A DNA stretch of 62,937 nt, the filler included, from Chiloscyllium plagiosum (lineage: Eukaryota), in assembly GCF_004010195.1 (NCBI RefSeq). It is 5 parts of one record of this genome, joined end to end, with 100 filler letters (N's around TTAATTAATTAA, not from the genome) between each part and the next. Parts side by side here need not be neighbours in the genome. Positions count along the whole stretch, not along the records: positions 59,187 to 62,937 come from NC_057710.1; 4 more parts are not named here. The stretch is one strand, 5' to 3'. The notes under the pieces were generated by a model. That model saw nothing but the letters and a program-made list of their open reading frames with translations, was not told the origin of the DNA and ran no database searches. The position numbers and the translations under genes were made by a program. Shown here piece by piece: positions 61,543-62,937 of the stretch (within the stretch, counting starts at the first letter, position 1; each line of letters begins with the position of its first letter).

Positions 61543-62126
61543 GGGCAAAAGTGAGGACTGCAGATGCTGGAAAACAGAGTTTAGATCAGAGTGGTGCTGG
61601 AAAAGCACAGCAGGTCAGGCAGCATCCGAGGAGCAGGAAAATCAAGGTTTCGGGCAAAAGCCCTTCATCAAGAATGGAGGCAGGGATCCTCCAGGGTGGA
61701 GAGATAAATGGGGGTGGGGTGGGGCTAGGGAGAAGGTAGCAAAGAGTACAATAGGTGAATGGGGTTGGGGATGGAGGTGATAGGTCAGAGGTGAGGGTGG
61801 AGTGGATAGGTGGGAAGGAAGATTGGCAGGTAGNNNNNNNNNNNNNNNNNNNNNNNNNNNNNNNNNNCTCCATCCCCAACCCCATTCACCTATTGTACTC
61901 TTTGCTACCTTCCCCCACCCTCCTCTCTGACCTATCACCTCCATCTCTATCCCCATTCACCTATTGTACTCTTTGCTACCCTCTCCTCAGCCCCAGCCTC
62001 CCCCAATTTATCTCTCCACCCTGGAGGCTTCCTGCCTCCATTCGTGATGAAGAGCTTTTGCCCGAAACCTCGATTTTCCTATTCCTCGAATGCTGCCTGA
62101 CCTGCTGTGCTTTTCCAGCACCACTC
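61543..62126. mobile_element. Penelope A fold-back with an internal N gap (61834-61867)
   Basis: 12-bp TSD taactatgactt (61531-61542 and 62127-62138). Confidence 0.9.
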
Positions 62127-62662
62127 TAACTATGACTTAGGCTGACATGTAACTATCAACTGGTTTTCAGACCAGAACCTTAGAGGGGTCTGTGTTTAAT
62201 TCAATGGTAGTTATACTTGTATTGTACTGATAGCTAGGGTCAATCACAAGTCTAAGTTTCCTGTCCTGTGGCTTTTGGTCAGGGTGTACCTGAGACCAGC
62301 CCTTTTAATTTCTAATATCATTACCTGAGTCACCTCAACTCCTTTAGATTCTACAGCTCCCTGTAGCATCTTTACAGGAACCTGCTGAAGTAATTCATTC
62401 TGAGTCTACCACTTCTTTTCTCTGAGAGTCAGATGGAACTTCTTTCACTCAATGGGTCGTTTCTTTTGCCCTGTTTGTTGCCTCTGGATCCTCTCTTCTT
62501 TGTATTTATTTCAACAGGCTCTAGCTTGGCCTTCACTGATTTCTGTGACTCAGCCACCTTTTTGCTGCCTGTGTGGTCTGAGCCTATAAGGGTTACAATG
62601 ACTTGTTTGTTGACCAGGTTAGTACTGTGTAGTAATATTATTCCTGCTACCAGTAACACAAA

Positions 62663-62937
62663 CACAATTTCAACAGTTACTGGGCTCCACACTGTATCAC
62701 ACTCTCTCTCGCGCGCCCCCTCTCTCGCGCACCACCTCTCTCTCGCGCGCACCCTCTCTCTCGCGCCCCCCCCCTCACAATTTCACAGTTACTGGGCTCC
62801 ACACTGTATCACACTCTCTCTCGCGCGCCCCCTCTCTCGCGCACCACCTCTCTCTCGCGCGCACCCTCTCTCTCGCGCCCCCCCCCCCTCTCTCGCGCGC
62901 CCCTCTCTCTCTCGCGCGCGCCCCCCGTCTCTCTGGC
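62663..62937. repeat. 113-bp tandem duplication running into (CT)n/(CG)n low-complexity DNA
   Basis: cacaatttca..tgggctccacactgtatcacactctctc occurs at 62663 and 62776. Confidence 0.85.

Noticed and set aside
62429..62937. 107-aa ORF and CpG-rich end as a gene start or CpG island
   Set aside because: The ORF begins in (CT)/(CG) low-complexity DNA within a 113-bp duplication that may be artefactual, and it has no recognisable domain.

Overview
Repeat-rich genomic DNA from a cartilaginous fish, most likely a shark (inferred from HE1/V-SINEs, HER1/CR1 LINEs and a SacSINE1-type DeuSINE). I find no intact protein-coding gene: the long ORFs are transposon remnants, antisense shadows or minisatellite read-through. 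The main hidden structure is a heavily decayed, multi-exon, minus-strand pseudogene of a giant nesprin (SYNE1/SYNE2-like). Its broken exons lie between the repeats from about 61.4 kb down to about 1.3 kb and match, in order, the C-terminal spectrin-repeat rod of human nesprin-1 as I recall it (no alignment was run). Several exons are split by TE insertions. The repeats include three Penelope-like families that often insert as fold-back structures with 10-15 bp TSDs and carry minimal hammerhead ribozyme cores, some with compensatory stem changes. Also present are CR1 LINEs, a second CR1/L2-type LINE with a partner SINE, a 5'-inverted Rex1/Babar fragment, a Gmr1-like Gypsy gag-protease remnant, solo LTRs, a Tigger-like MITE, a probable piggyBac remnant and a 34-bp G-rich minisatellite. 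Four 100-bp N-TTAATTAATTAA-N spacers are assembly linkers, so contiguity across them is not guaranteed. Most element boundaries are approximate and were read by eye.
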